A stretch of 52,235 nt of DNA from a virus (Duplodnaviria > Caudoviricetes): the IMG/VR virus record IMGVR_UViG_3300046003_002393, positions 1 through 52,235 of that record. One strand, 5' to 3'. The position numbers and the translations under genes are program-made. The notes beneath the pieces were generated by a model. The model made no database searches, had not been told where the DNA came from, and worked only from the letters and a program-made list of their open reading frames with translations. How positions within the stretch are numbered: position 1 is the stretch's first letter; each line of letters starts with the position of its first letter. Below are positions 34,377 to 43,106 of the stretch, piece by piece.

Positions 34377-34596
34377 TTTAAAACCTCCGTGATCAGTTAT
34401 TGGCCGTTGGTGCAGTTCAGACGATACGCTGATTTGACGGTTGAGGGTTGACATAGGTCAAGAAATGTTAATATAAATATTTTTTATTTATATTTTATTT
34501 TCTGGGTATGTGTCGGTAAAAAAGGGGTGTGTTCTATAAACACATCCCCTCTTATATTACCTCCGACATACGGATACCTGTTTAAATCTCAATGTA

Positions 34597-34781
34597 GTTA
34601 CACATAGTTACGTTGTTCTCCTTTAGTGTTACTATGTCACCTCCATGTGGTTACTATATGTTACATAGTCCTCCGATTACGAACTGGTTACTATATCGTC
34701 ATGAAGTATTCTCACTGTCGTTATAAAGTGACCTCTAAAGGATACAAAGGGGTTCCGTTACTTTTAGTTACTTTTAGTTAC
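34597..34781 (+). repeat. Array of nine GTTAC pentamers, often 10 bp apart (iteron-like)
   Basis: Copies at 34597, 34607, 34628, 34650, 34660, 34687, 34757, 34767 and 34777. Confidence 0.7.
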
Positions 34782-34834
34782 GTTCTAAACATAAGTGTGT
34801 TAGAGTGCCACCACGTTGTAACCCGTTATAGGTT

Positions 34835-34926
34835 AAACATGTATCTAAGATGTATGTTATGAAGTAAACATGTATCTTAAATACATGTTCAGTTGCGAAG
34901 TAAACATGTATTTAAGATACCTATTT
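34835..34926. promoter_or_regulatory. Three imperfect palindromes AACATGTAT-N4/5-ATACATGTT (operator-like)
   Basis: Copies near 34835, 34866 and 34902, upstream of an HTH gene. Confidence 0.6.
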
Positions 34927-35018
34927 GAAACCTTTTAGTGTATTTACTGTTATCTATCAGCGGGTAGCGAATCATAGATAATTATCTATGGTTAACTCAA
35001 AATGAAGGGGAAAAAGTC

Positions 35019-35729
35019 ATGCCATCACCAGTAAAGACAGTACCAAGAGCACATATTTTAATCCAATACATCCTGGACAGATGTGTCTCCCCACGGTACG
35101 AGGTAGCGAAAAGGCTCAACATAACTCGGAAGACCTTATATGAATGGGAGTACCAACGGATAAACATACGTGATCACATGGTTGATCAGATAGCAGCAGC
35201 AGCAGACTATCCAATGGATAGAATACCGGAGAGCGTGCGCCAAAAGGCGCAGGACGAAGACATCAAACGGCGCAGACGGCGTGACGCTGAAGTGTCACAA
35301 GCCAAACTAGCACCACCAGGCACTCCGGCGAATCAGTGGGTGCGTAAGCCATCACAGATGAGCATGTCAGATGTGGATATTCACCGCCTATGGGTGCGCC
35401 GCGCACTGCGCGAAGGCACGGCACCTCCGCCACCGTTTAATATCATGTTCCCTACTAGCAGCATTTCATCCCTGCCCAAGCACATGCAATGGGTGCCCGA
35501 TCCTGATTTGATAGCTGAAGCACGGAAAACGATGCACCCGTATGAATTGCGGTACATACCCGCGCACCGCATAGCAGACCGGCACCCTCTCGGCCTACAG
35601 ATCACGGCTGGCTGGTACTTTTTCGGCGCGGATGGCAAGATGATGCGCGAATCAGATAAGGGCAAGGCGCAAGCGCGAATAGACAAGCTAAAAGCGGATG
35701 AAGCCAAGGCACTTGACGAGTTCCTATAG
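35019..35729 (+). CDS. XRE-type HTH protein with unknown C-terminal region
   Basis: RYEVAKRLNITRKTLYEWE helix-turn-helix; GAAGGGG SD. Confidence 0.65.
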   Translation: MPSPVKTVPRAHILIQYILDRCVSPRYEVAKRLNITRKTLYEWEYQRINIRDHMVDQIAAAADYPMDRIPESVRQKAQDEDIKRRRRRDAEVSQAKLAPPGTPANQWVRKPSQMSMSDVDIHRLWVRRALREGTAPPPPFNIMFPTSSISSLPKHMQWVPDPDLIAEARKTMHPYELRYIPAHRIADRHPLGLQITAGWYFFGADGKMMRESDKGKAQARIDKLKADEAKALDEFL

Positions 35730-36179
35730 TCTATTATCTATGGTCGCTGTCTCATGTATGCAACACCAAGGCGCGAATAGTGTCTCATTTATGCAATATT
35801 GTCGCCATATTGAGACAGTATTCGCGCCTCGCTATGGTCGGCGCGTTGTTCGCGCCCCATCCTGGCCGCCTTGCGGCCCCACCGGTTCGCGCTTCGCGCG
35901 TCAACATGGCCGCTTCGCGGCCCGGCGCGTTGCACGCGCCCCCCATAAGTCTTTGCTCTTAGGGCTGAGCGAAGCGAAGACATTTAAGAGTCTTCTAACC
36001 ATAAGACCAATAGGAAGAGGGGGGAGGGGTTTGGTTTTGGGTTCGGTTTTGTTGGATAAGGACGCGTCCGAAAAATTAAAATCTAAAACCGAATCGCGAT
36101 ACCCGAAGCCCAAGTATACTTCCCCCGCGTGTTGTGGTTCGTCAACCCTGATCCGCTAAAAAAATTAAAGGAAAATCCA

Positions 36180-37310
36180 ATGGTTAACCCCCAAAGCGCA
36201 CCCTCCCCAAACGAATCGTGGCTCGAGGACCTCATCGGCGCACCGCCTACCCACACGGCCACTAACCCCGTCCCGATCACTCCCATCGCGACTCAGATCG
36301 CCCCTCAGGTCACTCCCACGAGTAACTATGAGCAGGATAGGTACGAGCGAAGGTTGCTGCGACAACTCGGCAGACCTTCGGCACCGGTCTCGGATGCGCC
36401 TTTGCCTACGCTATCCGGCCACGAGTCTCCTTCTCCGTACCTCGCGCCCGAGTTGGAGGTGTTGCAGTCGCAGTTGAAGGAGCAGATACGTAAGGTTAAG
36501 CTCACGGAGCGGAAGGCTGAACGGTTGGTCAAGCGCGCCAGAGCGGTTATTAGCCCTCCCAAGCCCGAGAAGCATGACTCCGCAGAGTTCGGGGTTCCTG
36601 TGCCGCCCCCGTCTCCCGATACTCGCACCCCTGACCCCCTCTCGGCGCTGTCAGATGGTCAGAAGTTGCTTGCTAAGGCGGCGGAAGGGTTCCCAGGCGA
36701 TGGGCGAACCCCGATGGCCACTGAGGTAAGGGCGCTTGACCCACGGGAGAGGGTGTTCGTGGGTAATCTGTTCAACGGGATGATGGCTGATGAGGCTGCG
36801 GAGAAGGCGGGATACCCTCACCGGCCTGACTTCGCGATGCGGTTGGTCGCTAAACCTCACATTAGGCAGGCATTGGATTGGATGCAGCAGGAATATCTGA
36901 GGTCGATAGGTGCCACGCTCACCAACGCGGTGACTCAGATGACTCACATCGCGTTCCTCGACCCGCGCAAGGTGGTGAACATGGAGACTGGAGCGCCGAT
37001 ACCGCTGCACAAGCTCGATGCGGCAACGGCAGCAGCGTTAGAGGCGGTCGAGATTACTGAGACGGAGTTCAACGGAGTGTCTAAGGTGACTAAGACGAAG
37101 TATAAGTTCAACTCGAAGTTGAAGGCTTTGCAGCAACTCGGAGAGCACTTGGGGTTGTTCAATCAGGTAGTGAAGGTAGAGCATACAGGGGCAAACGGGG
37201 GGCCGATACAGATGGAGATGAGCCAGACGGAGATCGCACGGCGCATGTTGTTCGTGCTTCGGCAGCAGGGGGAGGTAATTGATGTTGACGTAAGTGCTCA
37301 GGTGGAGTAA
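36180..37310 (+). CDS. terS: Terminase small subunit with long Pro-rich N-terminal extension
   Basis: LDPRERVFV...AAEKAGY...RLVAKPHIRQAL, IAFLDPRK, KLKALQQLGEHLGLF, VEHTGANGGPIQ; AAGGA SD before ATG 36180. Confidence 0.82.
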   Translation: MVNPQSAPSPNESWLEDLIGAPPTHTATNPVPITPIATQIAPQVTPTSNYEQDRYERRLLRQLGRPSAPVSDAPLPTLSGHESPSPYLAPELEVLQSQLKEQIRKVKLTERKAERLVKRARAVISPPKPEKHDSAEFGVPVPPPSPDTRTPDPLSALSDGQKLLAKAAEGFPGDGRTPMATEVRALDPRERVFVGNLFNGMMADEAAEKAGYPHRPDFAMRLVAKPHIRQALDWMQQEYLRSIGATLTNAVTQMTHIAFLDPRKVVNMETGAPIPLHKLDAATAAALEAVEITETEFNGVSKVTKTKYKFNSKLKALQQLGEHLGLFNQVVKVEHTGANGGPIQMEMSQTEIARRMLFVLRQQGEVIDVDVSAQVE

Positions 37311-37359
37311 AAGGCGGGTGTAATCCCATAGCACTATAACTTTATAAAGGAGCATTACG

Positions 37360-37872
37360 ATGGCTGCAACAAAACAGATTTTGACATCCGTACACGGTAA
37401 GCGTCTGGGCATTAGCCCACGGGGTAACTTGGTGGTAGAGGGTAAGACCGCCGCGCTGATGAACGATGCAGGTGTTATCGTTGAACCGATGGCCGCACCG
37501 ACCGCAAAGACCGTAGCAGTAACCCTCACCTCCGCAGAACTGCTCACTAAGTACCTCACTGGAACACACACCGCGGGCGCGACTGCCGCATACGTCCTCC
37601 CGACGGGTACGTTGCTGGAAGCCGCGATCGTTGCGGCGCCTGAACTGGCTAAGGTGTTCGCCGCTGATACTGGCTTCCGGTGGGAGTTGATCAACTTGAG
37701 CGCGGCGGCACTGGATACGATAACGATGACTGCGGGGACTGACCACACACTAGTCGGCGCTGCGTTGATACCCTCGAACCACGTCACCACAGGTGGCCTC
37801 GACGGTACTAGCACATCGAGATGGCGCACGAGGCGTGTGTCTGCAGGAGTATTTGTCACTTATAGGGGGTAA
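37360..37872 (+). CDS. Putative virion structural/decoration protein
   Basis: 170 aa Ala/Thr-rich; TLTSAELL, YVLPTG, TITMTAGT, VTYR. Confidence 0.55.
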   Translation: MAATKQILTSVHGKRLGISPRGNLVVEGKTAALMNDAGVIVEPMAAPTAKTVAVTLTSAELLTKYLTGTHTAGATAAYVLPTGTLLEAAIVAAPELAKVFAADTGFRWELINLSAAALDTITMTAGTDHTLVGAALIPSNHVTTGGLDGTSTSRWRTRRVSAGVFVTYRG

Positions 37873-37877
37873 TCGCT

Positions 37878-38222
37878 ATGTCAGCAATACCGAACAGTGG
37901 GAACTCCAAGAACGTCAAGTGGGCGAAGCTCAACGCCAGCGCCAGTGGAGCGACTGAGTTAGTCGCGACTACTGGCCTTGGAGCACGGAGCAAGATACGT
38001 GTTCTGGCGTTGGCGCTCACTACCACGGCGGAGAACACCGTCTCGTTCAAGTCAGCGTCCACCGTGATCACTGCGGCGTGGCCACTCGTTGCGTTGGGGG
38101 GCATGGTCTTGCCGTTCAACGAGCACGGGTGGTTCGAGTGCGCGGTCAACGAGGCACTGAACTTTAACCAGACAGTCGCAACGGTGTGCGGAGTGCACAT
38201 CGCGTACACTATCGTAGATTAA
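37878..38222 (+). CDS. Putative virion structural protein
   Basis: 114 aa beta-rich; GWFECAVNEALN. Confidence 0.5.
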   Translation: MSAIPNSGNSKNVKWAKLNASASGATELVATTGLGARSKIRVLALALTTTAENTVSFKSASTVITAAWPLVALGGMVLPFNEHGWFECAVNEALNFNQTVATVCGVHIAYTIVD

Positions 38223-38227
38223 GGAGG

Positions 38228-38449
38228 ATGACCTTGTTGAAAGCACCGGTAGTAGATATGAGAGCAGTCTCGACGGGTTTGGAGGTGGGGTTGGAAGCAC
38301 ATCCTCTGGACTTTAACCCGCCACCGATCGTTAAGTCGGTTCGTGATTTGGCAAGGTACAACCGCTTGCTGGAAGCACTCGCTGATGGGCAAGAGGTGCC
38401 CTTCGCGGAGGTGGAAGCGCACCGCATAGCGGCTTACGGAAGGGTGTAA
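38228..38449 (+). CDS. Hypothetical protein
   Basis: AAGGAGG SD; fills the gap in the late operon; exact start (38228-38237) uncertain. Confidence 0.5.
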   Translation: MTLLKAPVVDMRAVSTGLEVGLEAHPLDFNPPPIVKSVRDLARYNRLLEALADGQEVPFAEVEAHRIAAYGRV

Positions 38450-38452
38450 CCC

Positions 38453-39046
38453 ATGCCGAACACAGTAAGCATTGACGAGAAGAAGGTAGAGGGGAGTTAC
38501 CCCGCTGATAACAACCTGCACACGGGTTTCAAGGCGGAGATGACGACCAACTTCGGCAGTGGCATGGCCGGGGCATCCTTCGGGATGTACGGTATCTCTA
38601 TCGGCAACGGAGATGCTGGTTCTTGGGGTGTGCACGACATTGTCGGTGTTCACGGTACGGCGATCAAGAATGGCAAGCACTGGGCGGCGGGGATGCACTG
38701 CGATGTCTATGACTCCGCACCCGGCGGAACAGCCATTGGCCTGAATATCGAGTTTCCGCAAACACAAGTTGGCACTGATACCATCGGTATTAACATTCAG
38801 CCAGATGAAAAAGCGCGAGGGCTGGTCGGGATACAGATTCAGAATCCGCAAGCGTTCAAGCACGGGATAAAGGTACCGAATACAGCATGGGTATTCGGCC
38901 AAGTCGACACCTGCCTATTTGGTATGCGGTTTAACCCTGTTCGGCAGTCGTTGGAGTTCTTCCGGTGGCTTGGGGAGAAGGACGAGACCAAGGTAGGTGA
39001 GATAAAGATGGACTTTGGGCAAGTTCGCCCGGCTGATAAATGGTAA
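38453..39046 (+). CDS. Beta-solenoid-like hypothetical protein (fibre-like)
   Basis: Repeated G-[ILM]-x-I strands (GLNIE, GINIQ, GIQIQ, GIKV). Confidence 0.55.
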   Translation: MPNTVSIDEKKVEGSYPADNNLHTGFKAEMTTNFGSGMAGASFGMYGISIGNGDAGSWGVHDIVGVHGTAIKNGKHWAAGMHCDVYDSAPGGTAIGLNIEFPQTQVGTDTIGINIQPDEKARGLVGIQIQNPQAFKHGIKVPNTAWVFGQVDTCLFGMRFNPVRQSLEFFRWLGEKDETKVGEIKMDFGQVRPADKW

Positions 39047-39078
39047 GATATTACAACTTTAGAGAAGGGTAGAACGAC

Positions 39079-39540
39079 ATGGCAACAACATTCAACTTAT
39101 TTGACAACTGGCGCAAGACGGTGGCAACTCCCTCCCGCGCAGCAGCGGTAGCGGGTACGCTGAAGCTGGCGATATTCAAGGCTATGACCATCGGCACCAC
39201 GGAGCAAGGTGCGTGGGACTTCTATGATGACCTCACACCTGGTACGAATCAGGTATCAGGCACCAACTACACCGATTTGGGTAACGCCTGTGCCTCCCCG
39301 ACGTGGACAGGGCCGACAGCGGGGGTGTTGACGTTTGACGCCAGCGACCCGACTACGTGGAGCCAGCACGCCTCGGGGTTCTCGAACGGTAGACGTGCGA
39401 TACTGTTCTACGACACCGGAGTCGCAGCCACATCGACATTAGTAGGCTTCTCTGACGACTTCGGTGCCGACCTTGGTAACGTGGCTTCTGACTTCAGCGT
39501 AGCTTTTAACGCCAGCGGAATCTACACAAGTAGCAGGTAA
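39079..39540 (+). CDS. Putative virion structural protein
   Basis: LKLAIF, VSGTNYT.G, TFDASDPTTW, AILFYDT, DFG.D...FSVAFNASGI. Confidence 0.6.
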   Translation: MATTFNLFDNWRKTVATPSRAAAVAGTLKLAIFKAMTIGTTEQGAWDFYDDLTPGTNQVSGTNYTDLGNACASPTWTGPTAGVLTFDASDPTTWSQHASGFSNGRRAILFYDTGVAATSTLVGFSDDFGADLGNVASDFSVAFNASGIYTSSR

Positions 39541-39599
39541 GAGTACCTTTAAGGGTCGTGTTCGCAAGGGTGCGACCATTTTTTAAGAGGAGGTCTGCC

Positions 39600-39854
39600 G
39601 TGGCGGGATTAGAGGCAATACAAGCATGGAATAACGAGTTCATGCGGTTAAACGGTATTCCACCAAGTAGGATGGCGAATAACGAGTCCATGATGGATTA
39701 CTTCAAGACGATAAGTAGGAATGGCGGGTACAAGCTCCCTTCACCTCTTAACGCTGCGCCAGCACCAACAGTTCCAACCCCAATAAAACCCCCTTCAGTG
39801 GCTACCGCCCTCGCCGCAGCGCGAGAAGTGGTTCGACTACTCGAAGCTATGTAA
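39600..39854 (+). CDS. Hypothetical protein
   Basis: GAGGAGG SD 6 nt before GTG 39600. Confidence 0.5.
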   Translation: MAGLEAIQAWNNEFMRLNGIPPSRMANNESMMDYFKTISRNGGYKLPSPLNAAPAPTVPTPIKPPSVATALAAAREVVRLLEAM

Positions 39855-39866
39855 AGGAGAAACGAC

Positions 39867-40352
39867 ATGCGCTTCACACCAGCACAACAAGCAGCAATCA
39901 AGACATATGTATTGGCTGACCCAGTTCTTGCGCCGCTTACTTCGGGAGACGGTACCGACTATGGGTTCGTAGCGAGTACACTATCCGGCTATCCCATATC
40001 TCCCGTCTTAGCATGGTCAACGAATGTCCCATCGGTTGTCTCTGACGACGCTCCGAGCTACGCTACCTTCGACAGTATCGTCGCGGGTAAGCGTGACTCA
40101 TGGGGATTCTTCCTTGCTAATCCAAGGGACTTTACCCGTAAAAAAGTTCGGGACTGGGTAGTAGACGTTTGGGGTGCTGCTACTGCTGCAAGTAATGCTG
40201 AGGCGATACTCAAGGCGGGTACCGAGAACATGCGGGTGATCGAGGTCGTTCTCGGTGGCGTGGATAAAACCACAGGTACAGTAACAGCCAAAACACGAAG
40301 CTACGTCGGGGGTATCGACCTCGCGGAAGTAGCTGGACTCTTTAATGTATGA
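39867..40352 (+). CDS. Hypothetical phage protein
   Basis: AAGGAG SD; MRFTPAQQAAIKTYVLADP N-terminus. Confidence 0.65.
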   Translation: MRFTPAQQAAIKTYVLADPVLAPLTSGDGTDYGFVASTLSGYPISPVLAWSTNVPSVVSDDAPSYATFDSIVAGKRDSWGFFLANPRDFTRKKVRDWVVDVWGAATAASNAEAILKAGTENMRVIEVVLGGVDKTTGTVTAKTRSYVGGIDLAEVAGLFNV

Positions 40353-40996
40353 GTGACGACATCAGGCTGGTGATCGCCATACCGACCGCCGGAACGGTCA
40401 AGATGGGCTTCGCGTATTCGTTGGCGGGTCTCATTGGCTACCTAGCTGCGCACGCTGTGCCCTCACGCCCCGAAGCGGCTGTTGAGGTGCAGATGGACGT
40501 TGTTGAGTCGAGCGTAATTCACACGAACCGTGAGAAACTGGTACGCCGGGCGATAGATTCTGGGCAGACGCACCTCATGTTTATCGACGATGATATGGTG
40601 TTCGAGCCGAACATCGTTGATGTGATGCTTGGGCGCAGACAGCCAGTGGTGTGCACCAACTACCTCATCAAGACGGATGCGTGTGACTCGTTCGTGGCTG
40701 TTGGGCTGAACGATAAACGTGTCAACACGCTGGAGAAATCCACAGGATTGAAGCCCATAGCCTACTCGGGTTTTGGGGTAAGCGTGTTTGAGATAGAGGT
40801 GTTCAAGAATACCCCCCAACCGTGGTTCTTACCGAAGTTCATACCGGAAGACAACGGGTACACAACAGAGGATAATCCGTTCTATGAACGGGTAAGAAAC
40901 GCGGGATATAAAGTGTTCCTAGACCAAGACGCCAGCAAGCTAGTGTCCCATCTAGGCGGATCATCATGGAACTGGAGGGAGTTCAGAAATGGCTGA
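40349..40996 (+). CDS. Glycosyltransferase, GT-A fold (GT2-like)
   Basis: LVIAIPT, NREKLVRRA, HLMFIDDDMVF (DxD), GFGVSVF...VF....PWF, TEDNPF, GYKVFLD...VSH. Confidence 0.85.
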   Translation: MSDDIRLVIAIPTAGTVKMGFAYSLAGLIGYLAAHAVPSRPEAAVEVQMDVVESSVIHTNREKLVRRAIDSGQTHLMFIDDDMVFEPNIVDVMLGRRQPVVCTNYLIKTDACDSFVAVGLNDKRVNTLEKSTGLKPIAYSGFGVSVFEIEVFKNTPQPWFLPKFIPEDNGYTTEDNPFYERVRNAGYKVFLDQDASKLVSHLGGSSWNWREFRNG

Positions 40997-41459
40997 CGCA
41001 ACTACGAAAGTAACAACATCAACACAAGTAACGCACATCGGAAGCGGTGCGTCTATGGCCGCTGCGACACTTAGCGGCTCGGCAGACGTGTCCACCGCGC
41101 TCTCGTTCACGGGGAACCTGAACAGGTATCCAAGGGCAGACCTGGTTCTGAAGGTCTCGCCCACCGCGTCCATCGCGTCCACATCGACGAATATCCTCTT
41201 GTACCGCAGGGATATGAACATCGACAGCACAACGGATGAACCCGTACCGGGGGTGAGCAACAAGCAGCACTACATGGGCGCTTTCCAGCTTTCCGCAGCA
41301 ACAACAGCGTCCACCACTCATAACATACAACTTACCGATATTCCACTACCAGGTAGCGGAGATTGCGAGTTCTACATTGAGAACGCTCTAGGGGTGAACA
41401 TCCCGATCGGGTGGACGCTAAAGGTGACTCCCAAGTCCGACATCGGCGCAACATCGTAA
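40989..41459 (+). CDS. Putative virion structural protein
   Basis: 156 aa Ser/Thr/Ala-rich beta protein; WTLKVTPK. Confidence 0.55.
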   Translation: MADATTKVTTSTQVTHIGSGASMAAATLSGSADVSTALSFTGNLNRYPRADLVLKVSPTASIASTSTNILLYRRDMNIDSTTDEPVPGVSNKQHYMGAFQLSAATTASTTHNIQLTDIPLPGSGDCEFYIENALGVNIPIGWTLKVTPKSDIGATS

Positions 41460-41462
41460 GAC

Positions 41463-43106
41463 ATGATAGTCCGTCGTATCCCGTGGACTAGCCAGCCTCA
41501 GATAGCGGTTCCGATAGATTCATCGAACACGCTGTTTGACGTGTCTAAGATAACTGCTGTCGTCAATCCTGGGTTTGGAACGTACAAGAGGGACGCTCGA
41601 ACAGGTAAGTTATATACTGTATCTACCAACCCCGCCCAAGCGATGAATGCTTTAGGTAAGGGTATTAGATGGGTAGGAGGTACTAATGACTATATACAAT
41701 TAGATGCTGACGCAGATAATGTATTAGATACTGTTAGCTGTTCTATGCTGATAGCTACTGTCAGGAATGCTACTAATAATGGTAATGATATATCTTATGG
41801 ATATGAAGATGGAGGTACTGGTAATAGAGTTCAAGCACACTTTCCTCTAGATACTACTGCTACTATATATTGGGATTTTGGTAATGGTACTGGTGGTGTT
41901 GGTGGAGGTAGAGTTACTGCAAATCCTGGGGCTGCTACATGGGCTATTGGAAGAATTAATATATGGGGTTTTTATGCTGGTAGTAGAGGTAGAGAAATAT
42001 GGTTAAATGGAAGGTTAATAGCGTCTGATATAACAGCTACTAAAATACGTAGTGCTACTACTCAAGGATTTAGAATAGGAAGTGGTGCATCTAATTCTAG
42101 CAGCGCATCTGCACCTTATCACTCTGATAATCTATTTGTATTATCTAAAGAAGGTTGGAGCCAAGCTGCTTTTGCAGGATTAACTGCTAATCCTTGGCGG
42201 ATATTTGAGCCTAAACAGGTTACAGTCTTCGCGGCACCTTACCCCCCAACGGTCATAGGCCTTACCGCCCCGACTCTCGGACTCACCCCCCAAGATATCG
42301 CGCAAACGAGGACGCAAAATCTCACCGCCGCTGCGCTTACTTTAACACCGAACAGTGTAACCGCGCTATGGACTATCCGCCCCGCGACTGCAGATTTCGC
42401 CTTTAACCGAGAAGTTTTCCAGATCGCATCAGCGAATAACTTAGGGGTTTCGACTTGTGACTTCACGGCTTTAGAGATAAGTGCTCAATCGGTAGCATCA
42501 CTAGGCACTGCTGCGATGGACTTCGTAGCCAACGACGTGCAGTTAGCGATTACCAATAACCTAGATGTTGGCAACTTAATCCTCGCCGGTCAGGATACTC
42601 AGCAAGTCGCCAGCACGACATTGGGCACCGCGACGATGGACTTCGTGGGTAAAAACATCACTGAGATACAGGTTGTTGCTCTTGGTTCTGCCGCGCTGAA
42701 CTTTACCGCGCAGACTTCCAACCCAGTCGCGGTAGTTACGCTCTCTACCGCTGCGATGAATATGGTTGTGCTCGATATCAGACCGGAGAACTCACCGCTT
42801 GGAACGGTGCAGGTGATGACGATATCCGCGATGGACTTCGCGGTTAACCCTATCAGCAACACTGCCAGCACGACGCTCTCCGCTGCGGCGATGAACGATG
42901 TGGCTTACGAATTGCACCTCGTATCGAGCAACGTGCTTACCGCGCCTACGTTTGATCTAGCGCCTCAACCGCTGACCGTTACCCAAGCCGCCGTAGTAGT
43001 GGCACTTGTTCCCGCGACGTTCGACTTCGTACCGGGCGCGATACAAGCGGCAGGCACGTCATCGGTGGGCGACAGACGACGCATTATGATGGGAGTGGGC
43101 AAGTAA
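41463..43106 (+). CDS. Fibre-like protein: lectin/LamG-like N-domain plus ~20-aa repeat shaft
   Basis: WTSQPQ..VPID N-terminus; EIWLNG, FRIGS, NPWRIF; repeats of LGTAAMDFVA type. Confidence 0.6.
   Translation: MIVRRIPWTSQPQIAVPIDSSNTLFDVSKITAVVNPGFGTYKRDARTGKLYTVSTNPAQAMNALGKGIRWVGGTNDYIQLDADADNVLDTVSCSMLIATVRNATNNGNDISYGYEDGGTGNRVQAHFPLDTTATIYWDFGNGTGGVGGGRVTANPGAATWAIGRINIWGFYAGSRGREIWLNGRLIASDITATKIRSATTQGFRIGSGASNSSSASAPYHSDNLFVLSKEGWSQAAFAGLTANPWRIFEPKQVTVFAAPYPPTVIGLTAPTLGLTPQDIAQTRTQNLTAAALTLTPNSVTALWTIRPATADFAFNREVFQIASANNLGVSTCDFTALEISAQSVASLGTAAMDFVANDVQLAITNNLDVGNLILAGQDTQQVASTTLGTATMDFVGKNITEIQVVALGSAALNFTAQTSNPVAVVTLSTAAMNMVVLDIRPENSPLGTVQVMTISAMDFAVNPISNTASTTLSAAAMNDVAYELHLVSSNVLTAPTFDLAPQPLTVTQAAVVVALVPATFDFVPGAIQAAGTSSVGDRRRIMMGVGK

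Noticed and set aside
34626-34862. 78-aa ORF over the GTTAC array
   Set aside because: No SD, and its V-T-rich sequence simply reflects the DNA repeats
35698-36159. 153-aa ORF between the HTH gene and terS
   Set aside because: Arg/Ala/Pro-rich translation of a GC-rich, structured region with no motif or clear SD
37038-38902. Long antisense ORFs (37038-37859, 38219-38902) and similar ones such as 50130-50780 and 7435-8082
   Set aside because: No recognisable motifs; they are shadows of well-supported plus-strand genes, unlike the antisense HNH in terL
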